DNA of 64,000 bases from an uncultured Eubacteriales bacterium (GTDB taxonomy: Bacteria; Actinomycetota; Coriobacteriia; Anaerosomatales; PHET01), in contig CAYOHY010000001.1 in assembly GCA_964403885.1 (NCBI GenBank), positions 4,209 through 68,208 of the forward strand. Direction: 5' to 3'. A program made the translations under genes and the position numbers. The number at the start of each line of letters is the position of its first letter. The first letter of the stretch is position 1. Positions 40,500 through 50,188 of this stretch are shown here, piece after piece. A model generated the notes under the pieces. It had not been told where the DNA came from. It saw only the letters and a program-made list of their open reading frames with translations, and did no database searches.

Positions 40500-40539
40500 A
40501 TGAAAGCAAGACGCCCTCACCACGTATGGCAAGGGCGTC
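40500..40539 (-). terminator. Terminator/attenuator-like hairpin between the 46-aa gene and the DUF4349 gene (minus strand)
   Basis: Minus-strand RNA: GACGCCCU-ugccauacguggug-AGGGCGUC followed by UUGCUUUCAU. Confidence 0.4.
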
Positions 40540-40568
40540 CGGTCGCCGAGTCTATCGAAGCACCGCGC

Positions 40569-40709
40569 TTATGCGGCCGACTTCTTCTCCTGCTCGTTCT
40601 TCTTGAGAGCCGAGGCGGCGTAGGCACCAAGGCCGATGCCGATCACGACGACAGCGAAGAACGCGAGCATGAGAACGTTGACCACAGCAGCAGGCCAGTT
40701 GGCAGTCAT
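40569..40709 (-). CDS. Small hydrophobic protein, 46 aa (MTANWPAAVVNVLMLAFFAVVVIGIGLGAYAASALKKNEQEKKSAA)
   Basis: ATG with a GGAGGTGG RBS 8 nt upstream. Single TM plus a basic tail. Below the ORF-track size cutoff. A terminator-like hairpin follows. Confidence 0.45.
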   Translation of the reverse strand: MTANWPAAVVNVLMLAFFAVVVIGIGLGAYAASALKKNEQEKKSAA

Positions 40710-40930
40710 CTGGTTCGTCCACCTCCGAGTGATGGGTGATTCGAACACCGATTCTACTCGTACCGGCGTGCGGCCTGCAATGTTCGCGCGTATCTCGATA
40801 TCCCCTTATCAACCGACGCGATCGTGGCCGCAGCCCGATCCCGCCCTTCACCACCTCAGACGAGGGGAGGCCCCCCTTGGTTCTCGCGAATCTCAAGACG
40901 CCGGTGTCATGGGGTGGCAGCGCGGGGGAT

Positions 40931-41000
40931 GTGGTGGAGCGCGGTGTCATAAAGGTGTGATGAATTCCCATGAGAGTGTTGCAATGTGGGACGAAGTGGC
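40931..41000 (+). promoter_or_regulatory. Putative MraZ operator: ~10-bp-phased GTGG/GTGGG direct repeats upstream of mraZ
   Basis: GTGGTGGAGCGCGGTGTCATAAAGGTGTGA … GTGGGACGAAGTGGC. Spaced GTGGG-type repeats are the known MraZ-box architecture. Confidence 0.3.
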
Positions 41001-41078
41001 ATACATTCCTACACGTAGGGAGGGGATCCAACGCACGCGGGGGTTCTCGGCACCACGGAGTAGGACAGGGGGGAAGAG

Positions 41079-41510
41079 ATGTTTCTCGGCGATCATCAGC
41101 ACACGCTGGACGCCAAGGGTCGCGTCTCTTTGCCTGCCAAGTTCAGGGCGCAGATGACGGGCAAGCTCGTCGTCGCGAAGGGCCTCGACAACTGCCTCTA
41201 CGTGTATCCGGCCGAGGAGTACAACCGCTTCGTCGCGGATCTCGTCTCTCGTGAGGACTTCGAGCCTCGCGTACGTAAGGTCCGCAGGTTCTTCACGACG
41301 GGCGCTGTTGAGACCGAGCTCGACTCGGCCGGCCGCGTGTCGTTGCCTGCGAACCTCCGTGAGTACGCGGGCCTGTCCAAAGACGTCGCTGTCACCGGCA
41401 ACGGCAACCGGATCGAGATCTGGGACGCCGTCGCGTGGAACAGCTACGGCGAGGACGGGGACAGCATCGAGGATCTCGCGAAAGAGCTGGCCGACGCCGG
41501 TCTGCTCTAG
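41079..41510 (+). CDS. mraZ: Division/cell wall cluster transcriptional regulator MraZ
   Basis: Duplicated DxxxR motifs (LDAKGRVSLP; LDSAGRVSLP). 143 aa. Confidence 0.95.
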   Translation: MFLGDHQHTLDAKGRVSLPAKFRAQMTGKLVVAKGLDNCLYVYPAEEYNRFVADLVSREDFEPRVRKVRRFFTTGAVETELDSAGRVSLPANLREYAGLSKDVAVTGNGNRIEIWDAVAWNSYGEDGDSIEDLAKELADAGLL

Positions 41511-41518
41511 GCTTGACA

Positions 41519-42469
41519 ATGGAATACCGGCATACCCCAGTTTTGCTGGCCGAGGTCATACAGCACCTATCGCCGCACCCCGGTTCGATCGTCGTCGATT
41601 GCACCTTAGGCGGGGCAGGACACGCGAAGCGGCTTGTAGACCTCATAGCTCCCACGGGCATCCTCGTGGGCATCGATCAAGATGACGCAGCACTAGACGC
41701 AGCAGCATCCACACTCCGCCTCGGCCAGCAAGCCCACCCAGCGAAGACGGTTCTCCTCAAGGGGAACTTCGGGGATCTCGACGACCTGCTGTCGCAGGCT
41801 CAGATTCCCTACGTAGACGCCTTCTTGTTCGACCTGGGCGTCTCGTCTCCGCAGCTCGACGTTGCCTCGCGGGGGTTCTCCTTCAAGGCGGACGCCCCCC
41901 TGGACATGCGGATGGATCCGGGTCAACAGACCCTTACCGCAGCAGAGGTCATCGCAACCTACGATGAAGCCGACCTCGCCCGGATCATCCGAGACTACGG
42001 TGAGGACCGGTGGGCCTCGCGCATCGCAGCCTTCATCACAGCCGCGCGGGCCCGCCGCCCCATCGAGACCACCTCGGACCTCGTCGACGTCATCAAGGCC
42101 GCCGTACCCGCATCGGCGCGGCGCAGCGGCGGACACCCGGCCAAGAAGACCTTCCAGGCGTTGCGCATCGAGGTCAACGGCGAGCTGGACATGCTCCAGC
42201 GCGGTCTCGAGGCCGCAGTGAGGTGGGTGGCTCCCGGAGGACGCATCGCGGTGATCAGCTACCACTCGCTCGAGGATCGCATCGTCAAGCGCGTCTTCGC
42301 GGACAACGCACAGGGGTGTACGTGCCCACCGGATATGCCGGTGTGCACCTGCGGTAACGAGCCGGTACTCCGCATCCTCACGCGACGGGCGATAGCCCCA
42401 AGCGCCGAGGAGATCGAACAGAACCCACGCGCGCGCAGCGCCAAGCTGCGTGTCGCCGAGAAGAGATAG
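41519..42469 (+). CDS. rsmH: 16S rRNA (cytosine1402-N4)-methyltransferase RsmH
   Basis: HTPVLLAEV… DCTLGGAGHA SAM-methyltransferase motifs. Start at the internal ATG. Confidence 0.95.
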   Translation: MEYRHTPVLLAEVIQHLSPHPGSIVVDCTLGGAGHAKRLVDLIAPTGILVGIDQDDAALDAAASTLRLGQQAHPAKTVLLKGNFGDLDDLLSQAQIPYVDAFLFDLGVSSPQLDVASRGFSFKADAPLDMRMDPGQQTLTAAEVIATYDEADLARIIRDYGEDRWASRIAAFITAARARRPIETTSDLVDVIKAAVPASARRSGGHPAKKTFQALRIEVNGELDMLQRGLEAAVRWVAPGGRIAVISYHSLEDRIVKRVFADNAQGCTCPPDMPVCTCGNEPVLRILTRRAIAPSAEEIEQNPRARSAKLRVAEKR

Positions 42470-42518
42470 GTAGCGCCCGCGAATCCAGCCGAGGCGCCCG
42501 ACGAGGAGAGGAGCGACG

Positions 42519-43055
42519 ATGGGACTTCCTGCACTTCGGCACGAGCCGAAGACGAGCCGTACCCGGGGTCCGCGCCTCAAAGTCGTCACCGCCTCGAAGC
42601 CGCGCACGGGTGCACGGCGCAAGACTTCCAGTGTAGAATCCGCGCGCTCGGCATTTCGTGTGTTCGCTGTCGTGGTGTTCGTTGTCGCGGTGCTCGGCGT
42701 GGGCCGCGTGTGGCTCTCGGTTCGCGCCGCCGAGGCGTCGATCCGCGCGAACGAGCTTCGAAGCGACATCAAGGCCGAGCGCTACGAAGGCGACATGCTC
42801 GAGGTTCGCCAGAGCGCCCTGGGTTCCCCTTCGCGAATCCGCGCGATCGCGGGCACCGCGATGGGGATGGCTCCGGCGCGCAAGGTGACCTACCTCGATC
42901 TGGCCACCAACACCAAGCCGTCCGCGACCGAGAAGGTCGCAGACGCGCCCGGCCACTCGGCGGTCAAGCGCTTCGTGTCGGACATGATGGACCTATCCGC
43001 CGGCGAGGCGCAGGTGCTGCTCGTCGGTGATGTCGGACTCGCGTCTCAGAAGTGA
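42519..43055 (+). CDS. ftsL: Cell division protein FtsL-like
   Basis: Basic N-terminus, single TM (FRVFAVVVFVVAVLGV), coiled coil. Sits between rsmH and ftsI. Confidence 0.7.
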   Translation: MGLPALRHEPKTSRTRGPRLKVVTASKPRTGARRKTSSVESARSAFRVFAVVVFVVAVLGVGRVWLSVRAAEASIRANELRSDIKAERYEGDMLEVRQSALGSPSRIRAIAGTAMGMAPARKVTYLDLATNTKPSATEKVADAPGHSAVKRFVSDMMDLSAGEAQVLLVGDVGLASQK

Positions 43056-43077
43056 GTCGCGCAGGAAGGGAGTGCGA

Positions 43078-44850
43078 GTGAGCAAGAAGCGGACGCGGCC
43101 GTCTGACGGCAGCCGTCACGCCGCGTTGCTCCTCGTGTTCATCGCCGCATTCCTGGTCGTCGCAACGCGCCTCGTCTGGCTGCAAGTCGTGGCGGCTCCG
43201 GCCCTGGCCCAGAAGGCCACGGCTCAGCGTATGCGCGACATCGAGCTGCAGCCCAGGCGAGGCACGATCTACGACCGCGAGGGCGAACCTCTCGCGGTCA
43301 GCGTCGCCGCACGCACCGTCTACGCCGCACCTAACCAGATCAAGGATAAGGCCCTCGTAGCCAAGGGCCTTGCCGACACACTTGGTGGAGACCCCAAGGC
43401 GTACTTGGCCAAGATCTCCAAGGACTCCGGCTTCGTCTACATCGAGCGCAAGGTCGATCTCGACCGGGCCAAGGCGCTCGAGGACCTCGACCTTGAAGGC
43501 ATCGGGTTCATCGATGACTTCCGCCGCATGTATCCCTCGGGAGAGCTTGCGTGCCAGGTCCTGGGCTTCGTGGGCGTGGACGATACCGGGCTTGCCGGAC
43601 TTGAGTCGTTCTACAACGAGCAGCTCGCCGGCACCCCCGGTGTCATGCTGGGCGAGCGAGATCCCCAGGGTCGCCCCATCCCCGGGGGCATCCAAAAGGC
43701 ACTCGAGCCGGTCCATGGCCACGACATCGTGATCACCGTGGACAAGGATATCCAGTACCAAGCGCAGCTCGAGATCGCCAATGCCGTGAAGGCGTGGGGC
43801 GCCAAGAGCGGCTCCGTGGTCATCATGAACCCGCGCAACGGTGAGATCTACGCGATGGCCTCGGCCCCCGGATTCAATCCCAACGACTACGGCAAGGCGA
43901 AAGCCGAGGCCATCCGCAACAAGCCGATCACCGACGCCTACGAGCCCGGCTCGACCATCAAGGGCCTCACGGCCTCCGCGGTCGTCGAGAAGGGCTACTA
44001 CAACCCCAAGTCCATGTTCCATCTTCCGCCCACGCTTCAGGTGGGTGGCCGCACGATCCACGAGTCCCATGGACGCGGTGCGGTCACCTGGTCGCTCACC
44101 CAGATCGTGACCAACTCGAGCAACGTGGGCACCGTGAAGTTGGGCCAGAAGCTGGGCAAGCAGGGCCTCTACGACTCGTTCAGCGCCTTCGGGCTCACCG
44201 AGCGCACGGGTATCGACTTCCCGGGCGAGGCCAAGGGGTGGCTCCCTCCGCCCACGGAATGGTCAGCCTCCTCCATCGGCAACATCCCCTTTGGCCAGGG
44301 TGTCTCGGTGACGCCCATGCAGCTTGCTCGCGCCATCGGAGCGATCGCGAACCGCGGCGAGATCGTCACCCCGCACTTCCTCATGGAGGTGCCGCAGGCG
44401 CCGGACGTCGCTCCCGCGTGGCCGCGCCGACGCGCGATCTCGGCCAAGACGGCTGCCACGGTGACCGGGATGCTGCAGGCCGTCGTCACCGAAGGCACCG
44501 GCAAGGCGGCCGCCGTCCCCGGCTACTCGGTCGCGGGCAAGACCGGCACGGCGCAAAAGGCGCTCTCAGGCGGTCGCGGGTACGCAGGGGGCAAGTACGT
44601 CGGATCCTTCATCGGGTTCCTCCCGGCCGAAGACCCGCAGGTTCTCGTCTGTGTGACGATCGATGAGCCGCGCAACGCCATCTACGGCGGTACGGTGGCT
44701 GCTCCGACGTTCTCCAAGCTTGCACAGTTCACGGTCTCGCACCTCAAGATCCCGCCGTCCTCGGCCGCGCGCAAGGCGGTCAAGCCGCTGCCCACCACGG
44801 TGCCCACCGCAGGTGTCGGTCCGGTGTCGGACCAGGGTCTGAGGGACTGA
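43078..44850 (+). CDS. ftsI: Peptidoglycan D,D-transpeptidase FtsI (class B PBP)
   Basis: PBP dimerisation plus transpeptidase domains (STIK, SSN, KTGT motifs). GTG start after GGAAGGGAG. Confidence 0.9.
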   Translation: MSKKRTRPSDGSRHAALLLVFIAAFLVVATRLVWLQVVAAPALAQKATAQRMRDIELQPRRGTIYDREGEPLAVSVAARTVYAAPNQIKDKALVAKGLADTLGGDPKAYLAKISKDSGFVYIERKVDLDRAKALEDLDLEGIGFIDDFRRMYPSGELACQVLGFVGVDDTGLAGLESFYNEQLAGTPGVMLGERDPQGRPIPGGIQKALEPVHGHDIVITVDKDIQYQAQLEIANAVKAWGAKSGSVVIMNPRNGEIYAMASAPGFNPNDYGKAKAEAIRNKPITDAYEPGSTIKGLTASAVVEKGYYNPKSMFHLPPTLQVGGRTIHESHGRGAVTWSLTQIVTNSSNVGTVKLGQKLGKQGLYDSFSAFGLTERTGIDFPGEAKGWLPPPTEWSASSIGNIPFGQGVSVTPMQLARAIGAIANRGEIVTPHFLMEVPQAPDVAPAWPRRRAISAKTAATVTGMLQAVVTEGTGKAAAVPGYSVAGKTGTAQKALSGGRGYAGGKYVGSFIGFLPAEDPQVLVCVTIDEPRNAIYGGTVAAPTFSKLAQFTVSHLKIPPSSAARKAVKPLPTTVPTAGVGPVSDQGLRD

Positions 44851-44853
44851 CCG

Positions 44854-46341
44854 ATGCTAGAATCGACCGACCGTCGAGTAGCTGGGGAGAGCGTGAGCAC
44901 CACCACCATCAACCAACTGTTCAGTGGCGTCGAGGGCGCTGTTTTCGCAGGTGAGGGCGATGTCGCCGTCACAGGCATCGCGTATCGGTCCGATCGCGTG
45001 ATGCCGGGTGACGTGTTCTTCTGCGTCCCCGGGTTCGCCCACGATGGCCACGAGTTCGCCGCCGACGCGGTTGCGCGTGGTGCATCGGCGCTCGTGGTCG
45101 ACCGGGCGCTCGATCTCGATGCGCCGCAGGTCATGGTCCCCGATGTCCGCGCTGCTCTGGCGCGCGCCGCGGCCGTCTTCAACGGCACGCCGAGCGCTGC
45201 GATGTCGGTGGTGGGAATCACCGGGACAAACGGCAAGACCACTACCACCTACCTCCTTGACTCCATCCTTCGCGCCGCGGGACATACCACCGGCATCATC
45301 GGCACGGTCGAGACTCGCGTCGCGGGCGTCAGGCGTGACGCGTCGCGCACCACGCCGGAGTCGGCCGACCTTCAGGCACTGTTCGCCGAGATGCTCGGCT
45401 CGGGTGTCTCGGCCGTGTCTATGGAAGTCTCCAGTCACGCCATCGACCTGCGTCGGGTCGATGGCGTCGACTTCGCCGTGGTCGCCTTCACGAACCTCAC
45501 GCAAGACCATCTCGACTTCCATCACACGATCGAGGAGTACTTCTCGGTCAAGAAGCGACTGTTCACCCAGTTCAGCACCGGCGCCCGGGTCATCAACGTC
45601 GACGACCCCTTCGGGATGGGGCTGGCCGCAGAGGTTCCCAGCGCACTCACGGTTGGACGCACCTCGCAGGCGGCGGTGCGTGCTGAGCACGAGCAGCTTG
45701 ATGCGTTGGGCGCGTCGTTCACGCTCGTGACCCCGACCGGAAGCGCTCAGGTCCGGTTGCCGCTCGCGGGCGCGTTCAACGTGAGCAACGCCCTCGTGGC
45801 CGCGGGCTGCGCGCTGGCGATGGACATCTCGCTCGACGACATCGTCAGCGGGCTGGAGAGTGCCCCTCAGGTGCCGGGCCGTCTCGAGCGAGTGGAGTGC
45901 GGTCAGGACTTCTCGGTGGTGGTCGACTACGCACACACGCCGGACTCGCTGGAGAAGGCGATCGCCGCGGTACGTCAGGTGACCACGGGGTCTGTGGTCG
46001 TGGTGTTCGGGTGCGGGGGAGACCGAGACCCCGACAAGCGTCCCGTCATGGGCGCGGCCGCTGCAGCGGCCGACCACGCCGTCATCACGAGCGATAACCC
46101 GCGCTCTGAAGACCCGGTGGGGATCATCCTGCAGGTCGAGGACGGGATCCGCGACTCGGGGTCCTCCTACGAGGTCGTGGTCGATCGCCGAGAGGCCATC
46201 GAGCGCGCGATCCGGCGTGCGCGCTCGGGTGACACGGTGCTCATCGCGGGCAAGGGCCACGAGGACTACCAGATCTTCGCCGACCGTACGGTCCACTTCG
46301 ACGACCGCGAGGTCGCTCGGGAGGTGCTGGGCGGATGCTGA
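44854..46341 (+). CDS. murE: UDP-N-acetylmuramoyl-L-alanyl-D-glutamate--2,6-diaminopimelate ligase
   Basis: Mur ligase domains. GITGTNGKTTTT P-loop. DNPR motif (meso-DAP specificity). Confidence 0.9.
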   Translation: MLESTDRRVAGESVSTTTINQLFSGVEGAVFAGEGDVAVTGIAYRSDRVMPGDVFFCVPGFAHDGHEFAADAVARGASALVVDRALDLDAPQVMVPDVRAALARAAAVFNGTPSAAMSVVGITGTNGKTTTTYLLDSILRAAGHTTGIIGTVETRVAGVRRDASRTTPESADLQALFAEMLGSGVSAVSMEVSSHAIDLRRVDGVDFAVVAFTNLTQDHLDFHHTIEEYFSVKKRLFTQFSTGARVINVDDPFGMGLAAEVPSALTVGRTSQAAVRAEHEQLDALGASFTLVTPTGSAQVRLPLAGAFNVSNALVAAGCALAMDISLDDIVSGLESAPQVPGRLERVECGQDFSVVVDYAHTPDSLEKAIAAVRQVTTGSVVVVFGCGGDRDPDKRPVMGAAAAAADHAVITSDNPRSEDPVGIILQVEDGIRDSGSSYEVVVDRREAIERAIRRARSGDTVLIAGKGHEDYQIFADRTVHFDDREVAREVLGGC

Positions 46342-47750
46342 GGGCCACCATAGAGACCATCGTGGCGGTCACGTCGGGTGAGCAGCTCGTCGGCGACCCC
46401 GCCGGCTCCGTCACCGGACTCGCGGTCGATTCGCGCGAAGTCAGCCCGGCATGCATCTTCGCGGCGCTGCCCGGTGAGCGCACCGACGGGCATGACCACA
46501 TCCCGGCGGCGCTCGAGGCCGGCGCGCGACTGATCCTCGTGAGCAGGCAGCGGGCCGAGCTCGACGAAGTGATCGTCACCGCGGCGCGCAGGGGTGTCTC
46601 GGTGGTACGCGTCGACGACGTGCTCAAGGCGGTCCAGGACATCGCCTCGTGGCATAGGTCACGGCTGCGCTGCGCCGTCATCGGCGTCACCGGGTCGAGT
46701 GGCAAGACCACCACAAAGGACCTGCTCACCGCCGCTCTGGCGGTCGATATGCGCGTGGTCGCCACGAGCGGCAACCGCAACAACGAGCTGGGCGTCCCGC
46801 TGACCGTGCTCGCTGCGGGGTCGGACACCGATGCGCTCGTCGTCGAGATGGGCATGCGCGGGCTGGGGCAGATCGAGCGTCTGTGCGAGATCGCCCGGCC
46901 GCATTTCGGCCTCGTGACCAATGTGGGGACGAGCCACATCGAGATACTCGGCTCGCAAGACGCGGTCGCGCAGGCCAAGGGCGAGCTGGTTCGCTCGCTT
47001 CCCGCCGATGGTGCTGCGTTCTTGAACGGCGACGATGAGTTCTCCCTTGCCTTGTCAGACGCAGCATCGTGCCCGGTCACGTTCTACGGCGTCTCCTCAC
47101 GCGCGACCGTGCGCGCGGAGAACATCGAGCTCGATGAAGCGAGCCTGGCCTCGTTCGATCTCGTGACGAATCAAGGCACCGTCCGCGTGACGCTGTCCGT
47201 CCCCGGCCGACACAACGTCTACAACGCGCTTGCGGCCGCCGCGGTCGCTCTCAGGCTCGCGGTCCCGCTCGAGCGTGTCGCCGAAGGTCTTGCGGCCGCG
47301 TCGTTCTCGGGGATGCGCATGGAGGCGGTCAACACCGCCGGCGGCGTGACGGTCCTGAACGACGCCTACAACGCGAACCCGTCGTCGATGGCCGCGGCCG
47401 TCGACACGCTGGCCGCGATGGTGAGCACCGGCAGGCGCATCGCAGTGCTCGGCGATATGGCCGAGTTGGGGTCGCTCACCGAGCTCGCACACTTCCACAT
47501 GGGAGAGCAGGTCGCTCGATCCGGCGTAGAGGTGCTCGTGACGGTAGGCGAGCGGGCCCGCCGAATCGCCGATGGCGCGAAGGCCGAGGGCATGCCCGAG
47601 ACGGACGTACGACCGTGCGCGAGCGTCGAAGAGGCGATCGAGGTGCTGGATGACCTGGTGGTCGCCGGCGACGTCGTGCTGGTCAAGGCGTCGCGCGTCA
47701 TGGGCCTTGAAGCGGTTGTAGAAGGGATCGTGAGCCCACGTGCTCGCTAG
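46335..47750 (+). CDS. murF: UDP-N-acetylmuramoyl-tripeptide--D-alanyl-D-alanine ligase
   Basis: Mur ligase family. GVTGSSGKTTTK P-loop. Confidence 0.9.
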   Translation: MLRATIETIVAVTSGEQLVGDPAGSVTGLAVDSREVSPACIFAALPGERTDGHDHIPAALEAGARLILVSRQRAELDEVIVTAARRGVSVVRVDDVLKAVQDIASWHRSRLRCAVIGVTGSSGKTTTKDLLTAALAVDMRVVATSGNRNNELGVPLTVLAAGSDTDALVVEMGMRGLGQIERLCEIARPHFGLVTNVGTSHIEILGSQDAVAQAKGELVRSLPADGAAFLNGDDEFSLALSDAASCPVTFYGVSSRATVRAENIELDEASLASFDLVTNQGTVRVTLSVPGRHNVYNALAAAAVALRLAVPLERVAEGLAAASFSGMRMEAVNTAGGVTVLNDAYNANPSSMAAAVDTLAAMVSTGRRIAVLGDMAELGSLTELAHFHMGEQVARSGVEVLVTVGERARRIADGAKAEGMPETDVRPCASVEEAIEVLDDLVVAGDVVLVKASRVMGLEAVVEGIVSPRAR

Positions 47751-48795
47751 ACTCGCACAGTACCCCACCTATCAGGTGTTCATGGCGGTGGTCATCGCCT
47801 TGGTGGCTGCGGCCGTGCTGTTCCCGCTCTGGATCAGGCTCCTGCGCGTGCGCAACATCGGGCAGCAGGTTCGCGCCGATGGGCCACAGGGTCACCTGGT
47901 CAAGCAGGGGACGCCCACGATGGGTGGCGTGCTCATCCTCCTTGTCGTGGCCGCCACGTTCTTCTTGATGGGATCTCCCACGCGGGCCAGTGTTCTGGCA
48001 CTGGGCGCCACGCTCGCCTGTGGTGCGCTCGGGTTCATTGACGACTGGGCCAAGGTCGCCCACGAGCGCTCGCTCGGGCTTCGCCCGCGCGCGAAGCTCC
48101 TCGGACAGGCGCTCATCGCGGTCACGTTCTGCCTTCTGGCTGTCAACTGGGCAGACGTGCCGACGTGGATTCAGATCCCGCTCACTCCCACGAAGATCGA
48201 CTTTGGAGCCTTCACCACCACGATCCCGCTTGGCGGGGGCATGGCGCTCATGGTGCCGTGGCTCTACCTCGCCTTCGTGACCATCATGATCATCGCGATG
48301 AGCAACGCGGTGAACCTCACCGACGGGTTGGATGGGCTCGCAGCAGGCACGGTGACGATCGTGACGTTGGCCTTTGCCGGCATCGCGTTTCGTCAGAACA
48401 TGCTCGAGTCCGCGCTCTTCGGCGCGGCGATCGCCGGTGCCTGTATCGGCTTCCTTTGGTACAACAGCTACCCCGCCGACATCTTCATGGGCGACACCGG
48501 GTCTCTGGGACTTGGGGCCGCTATCGCCACGCTGGCCGTGATCACCAAGACGGAGCTGCTGCTGCTCGTCATCGGCGGCATCTACGTCGCCGAGACACTC
48601 TCGGTCGTGCTGCAGGTGGCGTCGTTCAAGCTGACAGGCAAGCGCATCTTCCGGATGGCGCCCATCCACCATCACTTCGAGATGATCGGGTGGTCAGAGA
48701 CCAAGGTCATGGTCCGCTTCTGGATCATCACCGGCATCCTCGCCGGGCTCGGTTTCGCGCTGTTCTTCTTCCAGTCCGTTCGGCTGAAGGGCTGA
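47740..48795 (+). CDS. mraY: Phospho-N-acetylmuramoyl-pentapeptide-transferase
   Basis: Canonical NAVNLTDGLDGLA and MGDTGSLGLG motifs. 10 TM. Confidence 0.95.
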   Translation: MLARLAQYPTYQVFMAVVIALVAAAVLFPLWIRLLRVRNIGQQVRADGPQGHLVKQGTPTMGGVLILLVVAATFFLMGSPTRASVLALGATLACGALGFIDDWAKVAHERSLGLRPRAKLLGQALIAVTFCLLAVNWADVPTWIQIPLTPTKIDFGAFTTTIPLGGGMALMVPWLYLAFVTIMIIAMSNAVNLTDGLDGLAAGTVTIVTLAFAGIAFRQNMLESALFGAAIAGACIGFLWYNSYPADIFMGDTGSLGLGAAIATLAVITKTELLLLVIGGIYVAETLSVVLQVASFKLTGKRIFRMAPIHHHFEMIGWSETKVMVRFWIITGILAGLGFALFFFQSVRLKG

Positions 48796-48796
48796 C

Positions 48797-50188
48797 GTGA
48801 CCACACTCGGCGACATCGTTGTTCTGGGGCTTGGCGCCAGCGGCGTGGCCGCGGCCCGCTACTGCGCGGAGTTGATCGGCCTCGAGGCGAACTCCGTCAC
48901 CGCAGTGGATGCGAATGACTCGGAGCATCTGCGCGCCGTTGCCGTCGAGCTTGCATCTCACGGCGTGTCGGTCGAGCTTGGCGCCCAGAGCGTCGACGGG
49001 CGCTTCGACCTTGCCATCGCAAGCCCGGGCATCCCTCCGCACGCCCCGCTCATGCAGTGGGCTCACACCGCCTGCCGCGAGGTCGTCTCGGAGATCGAGT
49101 TCGCTTTTCGCCGCACGGCGTGTCCCTGGGTCGCGGTGACCGGCACCAACGGCAAGACAACGACCACTGCGCTCGTGACCCATCTGCTCGTGACCGGGGG
49201 CGTCTCCGCGCGCTCCGTCGGCAACATCGGGACGCCCGCCATCCTTGCCGCGCGCGACTGCCGTGCGGGCGAGGTCTTGGTCGCTGAAGTGTCGTCGTTT
49301 CAGCTGGCTCTCACGTCGACGTTTCATCCGAGGACGGCGGTGTTGCTCAACATCACCCCCGACCACATCGACTGGCATGGGTCGGTGCAGGCGTACGCAC
49401 ACGACAAGGGAAAGGTGTTCGCGAACCTCGGGGCCGATGACGTTGCGGTCGTCGACGTCGATGACCCGGGCTCGGCACCGTTCGCAGATGAGCTCAGCGA
49501 GCGCGGAGTGCCGGTGGTTCGCGTGTCGCGAGACGCCCGCGACGGCAGGGGCGCACACGCCGCCGGGGGGACGCTGTCACTCGATACCGAGCACGGGCGC
49601 ATCGAGCTCGTTTCTTCCGACGAGCTGCTGATCAAGGGAGACCACAACGTCAGCAACGCGCTCGCAGCCGCAGCCGCCGCGCACGCGATGGGAGTCGCGG
49701 CTGCGGACCTGCGCCGCGGGCTCAAGACGTTCGCGCCCATCGAACATCGCCTTGAGCCCGTGGCCGAGGTCGCGGGCGTGGAGTGGTTCAACGACAGCAA
49801 AGCCACCAACCCTGACGCGGTGTTCAAGGCGATAGGTGCGTTCACTGACCGACCGGTCGTCCTGCTCGTGGGCGGCCGCAACAAGGGCAACGACTTCCAC
49901 CCGCTCGCCCGCGAGGCCGCGGAGCACACCAAGGCCGTCGTGGCGTTCGGAGAGGCGGGGCCTGAGCTTGAGGCGGCGCTGATCGCCGAGGGCGCGCGAG
50001 TGACGCGGGCCGACTCGATGGCCCAGGCGATCGAGATCGCCGCACGGCAGGCCGAGAAGGGCGATGCCGTGGTTCTCTCGCCGGCCTGCGCGTCCTTTGA
50101 CGAGTTCTCCAACTACGAGCAGCGCGGACGTGTCTTCAAGGACATCGTGCGGGCGATGGCGGGCGGTGACGCTGATGAGTCAGCGTGA
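48797..50188 (+). CDS. murD: UDP-N-acetylmuramoylalanine--D-glutamate ligase
   Basis: GTG start. Mur ligase with GTNGKTTTTAL P-loop. Confidence 0.9.
   Translation: MTTLGDIVVLGLGASGVAAARYCAELIGLEANSVTAVDANDSEHLRAVAVELASHGVSVELGAQSVDGRFDLAIASPGIPPHAPLMQWAHTACREVVSEIEFAFRRTACPWVAVTGTNGKTTTTALVTHLLVTGGVSARSVGNIGTPAILAARDCRAGEVLVAEVSSFQLALTSTFHPRTAVLLNITPDHIDWHGSVQAYAHDKGKVFANLGADDVAVVDVDDPGSAPFADELSERGVPVVRVSRDARDGRGAHAAGGTLSLDTEHGRIELVSSDELLIKGDHNVSNALAAAAAAHAMGVAAADLRRGLKTFAPIEHRLEPVAEVAGVEWFNDSKATNPDAVFKAIGAFTDRPVVLLVGGRNKGNDFHPLAREAAEHTKAVVAFGEAGPELEAALIAEGARVTRADSMAQAIEIAARQAEKGDAVVLSPACASFDEFSNYEQRGRVFKDIVRAMAGGDADESA

Noticed and set aside
40636-41157. 173-aa plus-strand ORF in the mraZ upstream region, plus smaller ORFs at 40736..40960 and 40970..41254.
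   Set aside because: The composition is biased and non-protein-like. The ORFs overlap the mraZ RBS and start, and the region is better explained as the long regulatory leader of mraZ.
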